Origin: Rhizodiscina lignyota
Lineage: Eukaryota
NCBI GenBank assembly: GCA_010015805.1
Contig: ML978123.1
Coordinates: 1,240,001-1,304,000, forward strand
Length of the DNA: 64,000 bases
Reading direction: 5' to 3'
Part shown: positions 51,572-64,000 of the stretch, piece by piece
Layout: each line of letters opens with the position of its first letter
Numbering within the stretch: the first letter of the stretch is position 1
Translations under genes and position numbers: made by a program
The notes under the pieces: generated by a model
Told to the model about the DNA's origin: nothing
Database searches by the model: none
Seen by the model: the letters and a program-made list of their open reading frames with translations, nothing else

Positions 51572-52081
51572 AGCCAAAATAGACTTTTATTCGAGCAGAA
51601 CAACGAAAGCAACTTCCGCAAGTCGACCAGGTCAACGGTGGTTAGAAAGGCGAAGGTAATGAGCTGGGAAGAACTTGAAAAAGTAAAAGCAGCACGTACT
51701 GCGAAAGTGCAAGCCGCTGCAGGTAAGAAAAAGCGCGGAAGGAAGCCAAAGAATCCTACACCAGAGGCAGAGGAAGCCACAGCGGGCAAGAAAGCCCGCG
51801 GTCGTAAACGTAAGTCTCCTACGACAGAGGTAGACACAACAACGTCAGGGAGGGCTAAAGTGGCGCGCGTAAGCGAAGTATCAGAGCCCAAGGCTCCAGT
51901 AGCGTGGATGAGCGAAGTGCAAGACCCAGCGAGCGCCTCAACGGCGCGGTCGACTGAAGCGCAAGAGCTAGCAGTGCAGTCCCTAATGGTGAGGATGACG
52001 GAAGCGCAAGTTGCGGAAGATGAGATCGCCACACGAGGGATGGAGAACTATTGCTTTGTTCTTCCGCTTGGTTCGGGTTGA
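51572..52081 (+). mobile_element. 5'-truncated remnant of a fungal pogo/Fot1-type (Tc1-mariner) transposase C-terminus
   Basis: Frame reads NRLLFEQNNESNFRKSTRSTVVRKAKVMSWEELEK...KKRGRKPK...RGRKRKS...AKVARVSE...KAPVAWMSE, matching the tail of fungal pogo-like transposases as I recall it. No DDE core and no TIRs were seen. Confidence 0.72.
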
Positions 52082-52978
52082 GGCAGGTTTGCGCGGGCTT
52101 CGCAACCTGTTATTGTATAGTAGAAAGGTGTCTTCTCGCATATTCGGCATAATGGTCGTACGGACAGGGAAATTGAGACTGGCACTTGATGTCTCTACAA
52201 GGCTTGTCATCCCTTATGTATTGCTATCGCCGCACTTGCGGTTATGGCGTTTGTTATGTCTTTCAGTCGTCACCGTCGCTATGCTTATTCCTCCCGCCAT
52301 GCTGCGTTGTGTCTCTTGTGATGACCACTGTCGCCATCACTGGACCCGCCGCTGCAACCACCGTATGGATCCTGAGGTACTTGTGCAGTCAATCGAGACC
52401 TGTTACTGGAGAGCAGACAACTGAATCAATGGTGGCAGGTACGACGAAGGCAATGAATGACAAGAACGTTGCGAAGGCACAAGCGGATAGGGATGCGGAG
52501 ACTAGGTAGTCACAGATAGGGTTGTCGTGAAGTTTCTTAAGGTCCTTCTCACTCCTAAAAATCCGCTGATCATGAGTCACCTGATTTACCTGGCGCACAT
52601 TCCTAGTTGCGCAAATGCGCATGACGTATGCCTTTCTATCCAACATGAATTGCAGCAGTGTCCTCGTTCTACTCTATGCCAGCCTCATACAAAAATCCTA
52701 AGGTTACCTACCAGTTGATTCGCAGGCCAAGGCCGTATGGGTTATTGTAAGGCGCTGGATTTGGAATATGTGGAGTATTTCGTTATGCAAGTGGATGACC
52801 AGACTGCGCCACGACGTTCGTCTGCAGCCCCCGCGACATCCAGGCAGTCTTTTCATAATCAACGTCTTCTCTCCATCGATCCTTGAGTTTTAGAGTTTGT
52901 GTTGACATGCTTAAGAAGCTACTCGAGTAGCGTCTGTCCCTTAACGCCCAGCCTTGTCCCCATGCCTCATGCCTCACA

Positions 52979-55900
52979 ATGCGCCTCTTGGAGCGCAAAC
53001 CCGACGGCGATCTCGTCCTTCGCGAATTCACAAGTAAAGACGTGCCCCCTTATGCCATACTTTCTCATAACTGGGGGAGGGATGAGGTTAGCTTTCAAGA
53101 GGTAGAAGCCGGTACCGGCAGGAACAAGGCTGGCTGGAAAAAAATTAACTTCTGCGCCAAACAAGCCAACGCGGATGGCCTTCGATATATCTGGGTGGAT
53201 ACCTGCTGCATAGATAAGAAGAATGCGGTAGAGCTTTCAGAGGCTATCAACTCTATGTTTCGTTGGTACCAGAAGGCTGCGCGGTGCTACGTCTATCTCT
53301 CGGATGTCTCGATAGATGGAGAGCTCGGGCAATCCAAGTGTGAATGGGAAGTAGACTTTAGGGAAAGCCGATGGTTCACTCGGGGCTGGACGCTTCAGGA
53401 ACTGATCGCACCTGCGTCAGTGGAGTTCTTTAGCTTAGAAGGCAGGCGACTCGGGAACAAAATAACATTGGAGCCAACGATTCATGAGATCACCGGCATC
53501 TCCGCAAGTGTTCTCAGAGGAGATGCACTGTCGAATTTCACTATTGACGAGCGCATGTCATGGGCAGAACATCGAAACACCACCGTCGAAGAGGATAAAG
53601 CCTACTGTTTACTTGGTATTTTCGACGTGTCTATGCCATTGATTTACGGAGAGGGAACCAACAAGGCCTCAAGGCGGCTTAAAGAAGAGATTCACAAGTC
53701 TTACAAGGGTACGCAGCTCTTGTTGATACGGTGGCAGAATCAAAACTAATCAGCGTAGGCACTGACTTCGACCGATTTGCTGTTGGACTCAATCTCTTGG
53801 CTATTCCTGAAGCTGTACAGTTCGTTGCAAGAGAAACGGAACTCTCGGAGATGTACCAGCTACTTCACAGGCCTAGCGCTCGATCAGCAGTTGTCCTTCA
53901 CGGGCTTGGAGGAATTGGGAAGACTCAGTTGGCGATTGAGTACGCCAGACGACACAAGGAGAAATACACGGCAATCTTCTGGTTGAACGCAAATGACAAG
54001 AACTCACTTAAGCTGAGCTTTCGAGACATTGCTCAGCAGGTCCTAATGCATCAACCTTCAACCACTGTTCTGGCCAGCGTAAATCTAGACGAGGACCTTG
54101 ACCAAGTCATGAGCGCAGTCAAGGCCTGGCTCGACCTCCAAAAGAACACGAGGTGGCTGATGATCTATGATAATTACGACAATCCTAGAACACCTGGCAA
54201 TCCCGACGACTCTACAGTCGATATACGTCAATTCCTCCCGCGCTCTGACCACGGTTCGATTATCATTACGACACGATCGTCACAAGTCAGCCAAGGTCGT
54301 CGTATCCATGTCCAGAAGTTGGGAAGTATTCAGGAAGGTCTTGAGATTCTGTCGAATACGTCTAAACGGGAGAGTATTAATAACGGTGGGCAATTCGAGA
54401 CATTGAATGTAGTTCACGAGACTGACGCGAACAGATCCTGACGCAATAGTGCTGGTCAAGGAGCTTGACGGCCTGCCTCTGGCTCTGGCCACGGCTGGTG
54501 CTTACCTAGAACACGTGACGACGAGCTTCTCAGATTATCTTCGGCTCTACAAGGCGTCATGGCTAAAGCTTCTGACGACGAGTCCGCAATTGAGTTCCTA
54601 TGAAGACCGCAAACTATACACAACATGGCAAATTACCTTCGATCGGATCGAACAGCAAAATGCGGCATCAGCAAAATTACTCAAACTGTGGGCATATTTT
54701 GATAGGCAGGACGTGTGGTTCGAGCTTCTTCGACATGCAAACTCCGCCGACGATGAATGGATACAGAAGCTCACTGAGGACGAACTGAACTTTAACGAGG
54801 CTGTGACTCTGCTTTGTTCTTTTGGGCTAGTCGATTCAGATCGGCCACTTATGCAGCAATTCGGGCCTGACACGTATAGCGTGCACAGTTGTGTGCACTC
54901 ATGGTCGGTTTTTATACTTAACAAGGAGTGGGACGATAGCTTAGCAAGGCTGGCCTTGACTTGCGTGGCCTCAGAAGTTCCCGGCATAAATGAGAGAGAC
55001 TGGTTGCTCTTACAACGGCGACTCCTTCAGCACGCAACACAACTGGACCTCTTTATAGGGGATGGCAAGATGGATATAGCCGGACTTAGTTGGGCTCTTA
55101 ATAATCTGGGCACTCTTTTCTCCATCCAAGGCAAGCTGGCCGAGGCAGAGGAGATGTACATCCGAGCGATACAAGACTGTGAGGACGCACTCGGACCGAA
55201 GCACAAATGTACACTCGATACGGTCAACAACCTAGCTATCCTCTATGAGAAGCAAGGCAAGCTGGCCGAAGTAGAGGAGATGTATATCCGAGTACTACAA
55301 GGCTGTGAGGAGGCACTCGGACCGAAGCACATATCCACACTCCAGACAGCCAACAACCTAGCTAACTTCTACTCTGACCAAGGCAAGCTGGCCGAAGCAG
55401 ATGAGATGTACATGCAAGCGCTACAAGGCAAGGAGGAGGCACTCGGACCGAAGCACATATCGACACTCAAAACAGTCAGCAACCTAGCTGTCCTCTACTC
55501 TGACCAAGGCAAGCTGGCCGAAGCAGATGAGATGTACATGCAAGCGCTACAAGGCAAGGAAGAGGCACTCGGACCGAAGCACATATCGACACTCAAAACA
55601 GTCAGCAACCTAGCTGTCCTCTACTCTGACCAAGGCAAGCTGGCCGAAGCAGATGAGATGTACATGCAAGCGCTACAAGGCAAGGAAGAGGCACTCGGAC
55701 CGAAGCACACATCGACACTCCAGACAGTCAATAACCTAGCTATCCACTACTTTGACCAAGGCAAGCTGGCTGAAGCAGAGGAGATCTTTATCCGAGCGCT
55801 ACAAGGCAAGGAGGAGGCACTCGGACCGAAGCACATATCGACACTCAAAACAGTCAGCAACCTAGCTGTCCTCTACGAGAGCCAAGGCAAACTGGATGAG

Positions 55901-56242
55901 GCGGAGAAGATGCACGTTCGAGCGCTGCAAGGCTACGAGGATACTCTTGGCCCTGGACTTGTGTCGTCTTATCTACCGGCGGTGCACACTATGTGCGCCC
56001 TTGGTGACTTCTTCTCGCAAACCGGCCGAAAAGATATGGCAAAGACAATGTACAATCGAGCATTGTCTGGATATACCGCGGTCCTAGGACCTTCCTCAGA
56101 ACGGGTTGGTGAGATCGAACGTCGGCTTCAAGCATTACAACTTACGCCGGCTGAGACCGAGACTCAACATACGCCTACTGAGATTAGAACGTCCGAGACC
56201 AAATCTCCTCTACAGAGACTTTTCCGCAAGCTGAGAATATGA
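52979..56242 (+). CDS. Fungal NLR-like receptor: HET domain, NB-ARC and TPR repeats; introns 53709-53758 and 54386-54434
   Basis: HET motifs YAILSHNW, YIWVDTCCIDK, ELSEAINSMFRWY and WFTRGWTLQEL. P-loop HGLGGIGKTQLA, Walker B WLMIYDNYD, IIITTR, GLPLAL. About 8 TPRs of 42 aa. Both introns restore frame. Confidence 0.93.
55085..55955 (+). repeat. 126-bp coding tandem array (about 7 TPR units)
   Basis: CAAGGCAA(G/A)CTGG recurs at 55127, 55253, 55379, 55505, 55631, 55757 and 55883 (exact 126-bp period). Confidence 0.95.
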
Positions 56243-56953
56243 CTGATGGTTAGACCTCCGAGTCTAAGTAGTGCTGGCGTCGACTCACAACATAGAATCA
56301 GTTTAGGTCACAATTCCAGCGTAATGGTAGATGCAATTGCGATGTCCATCTGCTTGTGATGTACTCCGCCACGGAGGGAGTTTACATCGGTTTCGACAAA
56401 TAGAACCGGTTTGCTCAAGCTGGGATACTCATCTTATCTTATCAATCCCGGATGTGGTTAAAATGTATCACAAGGCGTGACGACGCGAGATACTAGCGAA
56501 GGGGGTTTACCGCCTACGAACATCATTGATGACGATTTTAGATCATCAGATGCATTGAGAACCTTGGTCTCTTACTTTATCTGGATTTAATAGGCACATT
56601 TTCACAGTCATGGTAAGAAGACCGTGGATATTAAGGCTGACTACTGCAATCAAAAGTAGACATTCTTATTGTACAACCAAGTACACACACCCAAGCGAGC
56701 GGCGTTTACCAGCTACCACAGTGGCATCATGGGTATCATGAAAACTAGAAAAGCAAACCCTACTTGGAATGAACAAGTGAAAAGGTCGGAAGAGTGGCGA
56801 CTGCATGTGACAATAGCCTTTCCTCCTCGTCCAGAAAGACATCCGCATCCCTGCTTTGTTCATCTGCCATTATCATTCCCAACGCTCATCATGACCGTGT
56901 TCTCTCACATTAAGCGAAGCGGCATTTTTTTCTTCTGTTCTTTCGCGTTCAGT

Positions 56954-58116
56954 TTAGATGTGCTCGACCACATTCGCGTTGATCGCGCTCTGGAGGCTGG
57001 GGTTGCCCACGCCGTACTCCTGATCCGCGCCTTGGGGGATGTATCTTGACGGGCCCTCGCCGTGCTCATCGGCCCTGGCCAGCTGCGCCTGGACAGTCTG
57101 GTTGGTAGCGGGCAGGAAGATGACCTTGCTGTTTGCGGACTTGGCCATCTGTTGCATCGCCTCAAGGTATCTGTGTCATACATTAGTATGCGGCTCTCAA
57201 ATTCACACGAGTCAAGAAAAACAAACCTTATCTGCATAGCGGGCGCACTGCTCAAGATATCGGCGGCCTGCCTCATCAACTTGGCGCTCTCGACCTCCGC
57301 CCTCGCCGCAATGACCTTGGCCTCACCAGTCCGCTTGCTCTGGGCGGCCATGCTCAAGCTATCCTGCAGCTCCTGGCTGAAGATGATGTCCTTGATGAGC
57401 ATGCTCTCGACCTCGCAGCCCCAGCCAGCAGCAATGTCTTCGACGATGCTGCGGATGTCCGTCGCAATCTCCTCGCGGCGCTCGATGACGTCCTGGAGGA
57501 GGCGTGCACCGACGACATGTCGGAGGGTGGTCTGCGTGCGCTCGACGAGCGCTTGGCGGATGTTGGTGATGCCGAATGCAGCCTTGTGCGGCGAGGTGAT
57601 GCGGTAGTAGATGACGGAGGTGAGGTAGAGCGACACGTTGTCCTTGGTCATGCACACTTGCTTTGGCACCTCTGTTGCGACTTGTCAGTTTCATTTGTCG
57701 CTGGGGAATTGCGCGCGCGCAGTCGCTAACTACTTACCGACAATCTGAATCTTGACATCCACCTGGATCAAGTTCTCGCTCAGCGGGTTGACCTTCACCA
57801 ATCCGGGGTCGACGGCGCGCGCGAATCGGCCAAAACGGGTCACGAGACCAACGTTGCCCTGGCTCACTGGCTTGTACGGGTTCGGGCAGACGATGCAGCA
57901 CGGGATGGCACCGCAGGTGCCGATGCAGCGACCGAGAGTTTCAATCATCGAACCGTACCAGCCATGCTGCGCCTCGTCCTCGGTGTCGGGCTTGATGACT
58001 TGCGCATACGAGGGCTGGAGGTCCTCGCGGCGAGGCGGCTGGACCTTGACAAGAGGAGGAGGGTCGCCGTGGGAAGCCTGGCCATTGACGGGCGCCTTGC
58101 CGTTGATGTCGCTCAT
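56954..58116 (-). CDS. Stomatin/SPFH (band 7) family protein; introns 57737-57672 and 57226-57171
   Basis: GAIPCCIVCPNPY...GLVTRFGRFARAVDPGLVKVNP, EVPKQVCMTKDNV, TQTTLRHVVG, AKVIAARAEVESAKLMRQAADILSSAPAMQIRYLEAMQQMAK. Confidence 0.93.
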
Positions 58117-60280
58117 TTTGAGATGCGAATTGATGTCTAGGGATGCTCGGATGTGGTGTTGTTGCGCTAAGGGCACTGTTTTCGCTCGAGGAATGATTGA
58201 GTTATGTAGAGAGGAAACAATCGAGGCTTAGTACTGCAATTATAGCTCCAGTTACGATAGTGAGATGCGAGTGAGATGCGCTGAAGCTCGAGTCGTCTGG
58301 GCGATGGAAACGTGAGAGTCGGCAGGCGAAACGGTACGTGCATCGTGATGTGATGTCCTTCTCTTATATTGCGAGCTAGTGCGGGGGCGGCCCCCTGCTA
58401 GCGCAAGGCGCTCATTGGGAAGGCTCAGAAAGCTTGTCACGACACCAAGCCCTGGCCCTCTCACGCCCTGTTCACGCCAGAGCGGGGCGGTGCTCCAGAG
58501 AGCCAGATCCTCGCCCGCGCAGGGATCACCTGGACGCGAGCGAATGGCGCCGAACGTCTGCGGCGTCGCTCCTCCTGCGAGCTGCGATTTGAGATATTTT
58601 CTGTCACCAGTCATATGAATGCGAGCATCCCGACCCTCGTCTCAGCAGCAGCCAGCAGTCCATGACGAGTCCAGTTTACGCGATAGTCAAATGCCTCTTT
58701 GCGCCATTTACCGTGATAGCGCAACGAGATGCGAGCGGGCAGCGAGGCCTCCGTACGTGCAATGCGACGATAATGCCTCACCATCGAGCCTATCCGAGCA
58801 GGCATCGCCGCCATCCCTGACATCGCCAGAAGGACTCGAGGAGGTGCACATCTGACCGAGGTCACGCCACGCGACAGGCTGATTCGAGTCGTGTCGCCCT
58901 CCAGACACTGCTGTCTTACCAATTCTTCGCTCTGCCAGGAGGTACTATTTGGCTTGGCCAGCTGCAAGGCGCAATCGTGTGGTAAGAGGTACTGCCGCGG
59001 ACATCGTAGCAACAACCACATCCACGCTTGTCGGGCCCTCTCCTCCTCTCGGATCTGTCCGGCAGGCGATCCGAGCAACTTGGCAAGGGAAGTGCACGCC
59101 GTTTTGCGAGGCTCAATCTGGCGCGTTCCCTGCCCTCGGTGCCTTAGGGCTGCTGTCCTGTTGGTGTTGGCCACTGAGCGCGGCCTCTTACTGCTTTCAA
59201 TGGCCCGCCGTTGCGCTCTGCGCTTGAGCGCTGCATTTACGCGCCTCGCTACACAGCGATTGCTATGTCACAGCCGCACTTATAGGCATGGAGCAGCTCG
59301 AGTAAGGCCGCGATATGTTGACCTTGGGGTCAGAGCAGCGGTAAAGTTGGTGAGGTCGGGGGCGTGATTTGCCTCCGGGCTGGTGGATAAAGGCGCAGTC
59401 ACTGCGCTGGTGCTGGATAACAGACAGCTAAGGCCCTCAAACGACGGCACCAACCGATGGACGAGACTTGCAACATTTCCCATGCGTAGCAACATACACA
59501 ACTGGAAGGTATCTGCGTCTCGTAGAGCGACTGGTTGAGCATTGACTGGGAATCGACAAGAGCACGGAAGTTACTGGGCCTCATATCAATGCTGGCGGCA
59601 TTGACAGTTGTCGACACTCAACATCAGGCTGCAGAATTCCCCCGTGTCAAATGAGTGAGGTTGATTCTATTACAGGCGATTCGCCAGCAATCATCCACCT
59701 GCATTCAATCAGTCAGTTGTCTTGAGATAGGCAATATCGTGAAGACTAAATTCCACAACTGGCAGGGACATTGAGTGCCAACAACATTTCAAACCAGATG
59801 CAAGATCAAGCACAATCATTAACCAATGATAGACTTCGCGAGTACCAGCAATGTATCAAAAGCGGACGCCAGAGCGAATCTAGTTACGCAGACAGACATG
59901 CCCGACTCGCCCGACAAAGGTTGAGAATGTTAACTTTCCCCCGGTTCTGGAGAGTATCTATCTGATTTATGATATACATCGGGGTGCTTGAGTTCCAATG
60001 ATCAAGCTGAGAAGGCCGAAATATTAGTTTACATACAGAGCATCAGCTCCAATCTCGGTCGAATCCAGTCATCCTTTCGTTTCGCCATACCGTCAACAGA
60101 ACTCCTCTAACGTACCGATGCACTTCCGCAGTGCCCTGATACCGCAACCAAATCGCAAATGATTCCCAGCCTACTCTATACAATCACTACCCAACCAATG
60201 GCTGAAACCAGTTTCGCGATCCTCCAAATCCGCGTGGGAATCCAGTTACCGCTTCCGTATGAAAACCCATTCATACCAGA

Positions 60281-63200
60281 TCAAAGCTCTTCATCATTCC
60301 CACTTTCATCATCGACGTCGTCATCGTGTTCAAAGAATTCACTCTCCTCGGTATCGTCCATGTCTTCCTCGTGATCATCATCACCGCCCTCACTCCCCTC
60401 GACCCCCTCCCAAACCTCCTCCTCCTCAACCTCAATCTCCATTGCGCTCGGCCCTTCAGCACTCGCAGCAGCATCAGGTTCGCGCTCGGCCAGACTCACA
60501 CTGTCCGCCTGCGTGTCCCCTCCGAAGTATCCGTATCCTCCCAGCGGACCTCCAGCGCTATACGGCGTAGCGTAAGGGATGGCCGGCCCCTCATTCTCTC
60601 CCTTTCGCCATGCTGCATACGCCGCGTCGACGTTGCTGAGGCCTCCAGCGCTCGAAGGCCCGGCGCGGCTGTCGTATCCGCGGGAGGCAGGCGCGTCGAC
60701 GAGCGTGACGAAGGGGGAGGGTGGGTCGCGGCTGCGGCGCGGGGTGGGCTGGTGCACTTTACGGGGACTGTCCTTTATTTGGATCTGCGAAGTCCCATGT
60801 GTATATAAACTCATGTTGTACTCCGAGTCTGAGGGCCAGTCCGACTCTGCGTTGTGCGTGAGCCGGATTGTGCGGTCGAATATGGCCGAGCGCGTTGACT
60901 CCTGGCCATTGGAAGGCCCAGCTCTCGCAGATCTAAGAGATGAAGCGGCTGATGTAGTTCCTGAGGCCTGTGTGATGCGTCTCCGTTTCGACTCCCGCAT
61001 CTTCGGCGGCGACTGTGATACCCTGTGTACGCTTGGGCGGGGAGAAAGGCGTTCTGGCTCTCCGCTGCGCGCACCGATGGTATTACGGCGGCGAGGGACT
61101 TGACTGTCAGCGGCTCTTGCTTGTTCGAAAGACGCAACGCGTCGCTTTGCGGCCTCTTTATGTCGAGACAAGCTTTGCCCGGACGCCGGAGCAGGAGCAG
61201 ATGCCGAGAACGAATTCACCAAAGGACTTGAAGCCGTTCGTTGATGGTGGTGTTGGGGAGGTTGCTCGGATAGCGGAGTTATTAGAGCTCGTGGCTCCAA
61301 AACGAGATTCATCCTCGCCGGAAGCGTTGGGATGTCATGCGGGTGTCGAACGTTTGTATTCGGGGAGAGCTGCACGGGCTGCTGTCTCTCCGAGGTCCCA
61401 CTGAAGCTGGATGCAAATGAAGAATGTACCGATTGCGGTGGATCGAAGGCCGGGTTCCATGCCCAACAGAGCTCTCTTGCGTCCGCTTCACCGACTCCTG
61501 GGGCTTGTCCACCGTCTGTAGTAGCATCTGTGCCGGCATCAACGACTCTAGGCAGCTCTCTAAGACTCTGCCAGGTCAGTTCAAGCTGCTCATCCTCGCC
61601 AACCCGTTGAAAATAGGCAGCCTTTGTAGTTACAAAGAGTCGCTTGCTACCTCCAGGCACCCGCATGAGCGTGTCGGATGCCAGGAACTGGGCGTCCCAT
61701 AGCGCTGGACTGACGAGCTCAGATGGGCTGAGAAAGCGCAGCCGGTGAGATTTGCGGACTTTACGCAACGGTATGATCGATTCCTGAAGACCAAGAAGTG
61801 ATTTTGCAGGATGATAATCAGCGTCATCCCCGAAGGATGCTTCGTGTCGATCCGCCCCATGGGCCTCCAAGACACCTCTGAACGCATGATGAAGGGCCTT
61901 GTGCAGTTCACGAGCACCGCCGCTAGATAGTGTTATCTTGCGAACGAAACCACGGCTGCGCAACCGCTTGTACGCAGTCGTAGAAAGTCCACAAGCGCGT
62001 GGGACAAGCCACGCTTTACTAGAGGCATCAGCCCAATCATAGATCGCTTCGTTGGTCCATCCACTGTGCGCGCTGTTAAAGGAATGAGAGGCAGAACGGA
62101 TGGCGGACGACTTCAAGCTGTGTGAGGTCCATTCGCTCGAAACTTGGGTGTACTCTTCATCACCTTCGTCAGAGGACATCCAGATACCTCGCAATTGGCG
62201 GCCCCAGGGGAATAGAACGACCTCGATTTCCCAAGGTCGTGCTGCAGATGGTAGTTCGGTAGCTTCCAGGACTTCTAAGCGCTCTTGGATATCCATCAGC
62301 TTGGCTTCGGTTTCTTGGCGATCGATTGCAGCTTGAATAAGCGCCGACGATGTGACTGAGTGTGCTGATATATTTGATCCAAACGAAGCACCAATATCGG
62401 GTTGAGCGGTATGATAACGACGTGATCTGGAAAGGCTAGTTTGGTCATCCTCCATTGCAGTGTGGAAATCGTCGTGCTCCTTTACGCGACCCTCAAGCTC
62501 AAGAACACGGCCCTCAAAGAAATCAAACCGGTTCTGAAGTTCTTCAGGAGTGACATGTTCGAAAGAGACATTTTGCAGGGCGTCTACACGCTGAGAAAGT
62601 CCCTGTAGCAATGTTGAGAAATTCGGGTACACCTTGAGGTGGTCGAGGAGTCTGTTCAAAGGCTGCAGTAACTGCTGTAGGGTCGTAGGCAGCCGCTGAA
62701 GGGCATTGCTAGCGTTGTCGGGTCCTTGCTGAGCATTGGGTGCATCCATCGCCGGAGCATCAATGTGACTCGCGCTATTACGCGGCAAATCATTACGCTG
62801 ACCTGCCTGATTGATTGCAGCTGCTTGAATCGATACATCCTCTGCCAAACTCGTCGCTTCTTGGACGTAGCGCTGAATTTCTGTGAGATCAGGCGTAGCC
62901 TTAATACTTGGAGTGTTCAACTCTGTCGCACTTAGAAGGCCGTTGGGTATCCCTGCCTCGGTGGGAAGGTCAAGGGGAATTTCCAAAGGCGGGCCCATAT
63001 TTCTCATGTTGAGTGCGTGTTGAATGAAATCACGATTCGGAGTGTTTCTGTGTAGAGGTACATCTACTGAAGGATTTACAGTAGAAGGAAGCGATTCACT
63101 CGGAAACATGCTGAGCAGATTGGCCATCTCCAGTGGGTCATCTGGTACAGTCGGCGTGGGACTTTGGTCGAATGGTGCGCCTCCCATTGACCTTCCTTGT

Positions 63201-63803
63201 AAAGAGAGACCAAGTCCAGCTGCAATGGACGGTGGCCTTGATGATGGACCATGTGGAAAGCCGCTGATGGCATTGTTTTGCCTCTCAACATAGGAGTTGC
63301 CATTCTGAGTATGGTTCGCTTGAGGACGATAACGGTGCTCGTTCCCAGGAGGATGTGAAGTGTTAGCCTGAACACCCTGGAATGCGTCAGCGATGTCTTG
63401 GTACATGTACGGACATGTGAGTTCGATTGCACAGAAGGCTCCAAGTTGTGTCGAACGTGTCACTCCGGGACGGTTCAAGCTCACACAACCCTTCCACAAC
63501 CTTAGCGAAAACAGCAAGGCAGCATCTTGGAAATGTGCCCGCGAATGAATAATTGATACTGGAATGACTTACGTTGGGAGCTTCACGCTGTCTCTCGGGT
63601 GAGTCTGGTTGAGAGGAGAGCTGCTCTACGATGCGATGAGATCCCGCCGCCGCCTGCTGTTCGAAGCGTGCCACCACACTGCTAGGTCGATCCCCATGAG
63701 CAGCTTGGGCACCATTTGCACCATTCCTCGGTGTTGTAATGACTACGCCAAGCCGCTTGCCGTGTTCAACTCCTCGGAGGCTCACAGGATGCGAACCGGC
63801 CAT
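60281..63803 (-). CDS. Large uncharacterised protein (disordered, coiled coil, one compact conserved-looking domain, acidic tail); intron 63572-63377; start uncertain and may lie beyond the window
   Basis: ORF of over 1000 codons joined in frame to an upstream exon by GTAAGT...GCTGAC...CAG. Coiled coil RVLELEGRV / KLMDIQERLEVLE, followed by PWEIEVVLFPWGRQLRGIW and YKRLRSRGFV. Confidence 0.8.
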
Positions 63804-64000
63804 CAACTGAAATCGCGTGTCCCCGCCATTCGACGACGCAAGCTGCAAGAAGACCGGTGATTTGTCTGTCAAGGCAGCCTGTAACGGCGAAGAGTCTACG
63901 ACAGCTTTATCTTGCTGTGGCCGCTCATCATGGAAGCATGCGTGATGAGAACAGAAGCAGATGTACGACGCATCATCGCTTGTAGCTCTATGCAGGGCAT

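Noticed and set aside
52186..52509. Small ORF upstream of the NLR as a possible amyloid-signalling partner
   Set aside because: No HET-s, PP or sigma-like G/N/Q motif is visible, and the NLR already carries its own HET effector.
58250..60200. Overlapping ORFs upstream of stomatin
   Set aside because: No codon or motif signal and no consistent exon structure; likely promoter plus the 3' UTR of the neighbouring gene.

Overview
Gene-dense eukaryotic DNA from a filamentous ascomycete (Pezizomycotina, probably a Dothideomycete; this placement is inference from short GT-AG introns with CTRAC branch points, Skn7, CAP20 and a HET-domain NLR). About 23 intron-containing or single-exon genes are supported. 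In order: mitochondrial type II peroxiredoxin, SKN7, eIF2B-epsilon, Ariadne RBR E3 ligase, Mpv17/SYM1-like, divergent H3/H4, adenylate cyclase, HST2 sirtuin, two dienelactone-hydrolase-family genes flanking RMT2, a GPI cell-wall protein, COG4, NIPA Mg transporter, protoporphyrinogen oxidase, RPL27/RPN6, CAP20, stomatin and a large unknown protein. An accessory island (~49.3-56.7 kb) holds a pogo/Fot1 transposase remnant and an intact HET-NB-ARC-TPR immune receptor with near-identical 126-bp repeats. The most notable oddities are: an RMT2 with an intact ORF but all SAM-binding motifs lost; a 989-nt peroxiredoxin intron containing an in-frame ~280-codon candidate alternative exon; AUG-less basic N-terminal extensions on HST2 and ARI1; and a candidate structured RNA at ~26.3 kb. 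Exon boundaries were read by eye and no database searches were run.
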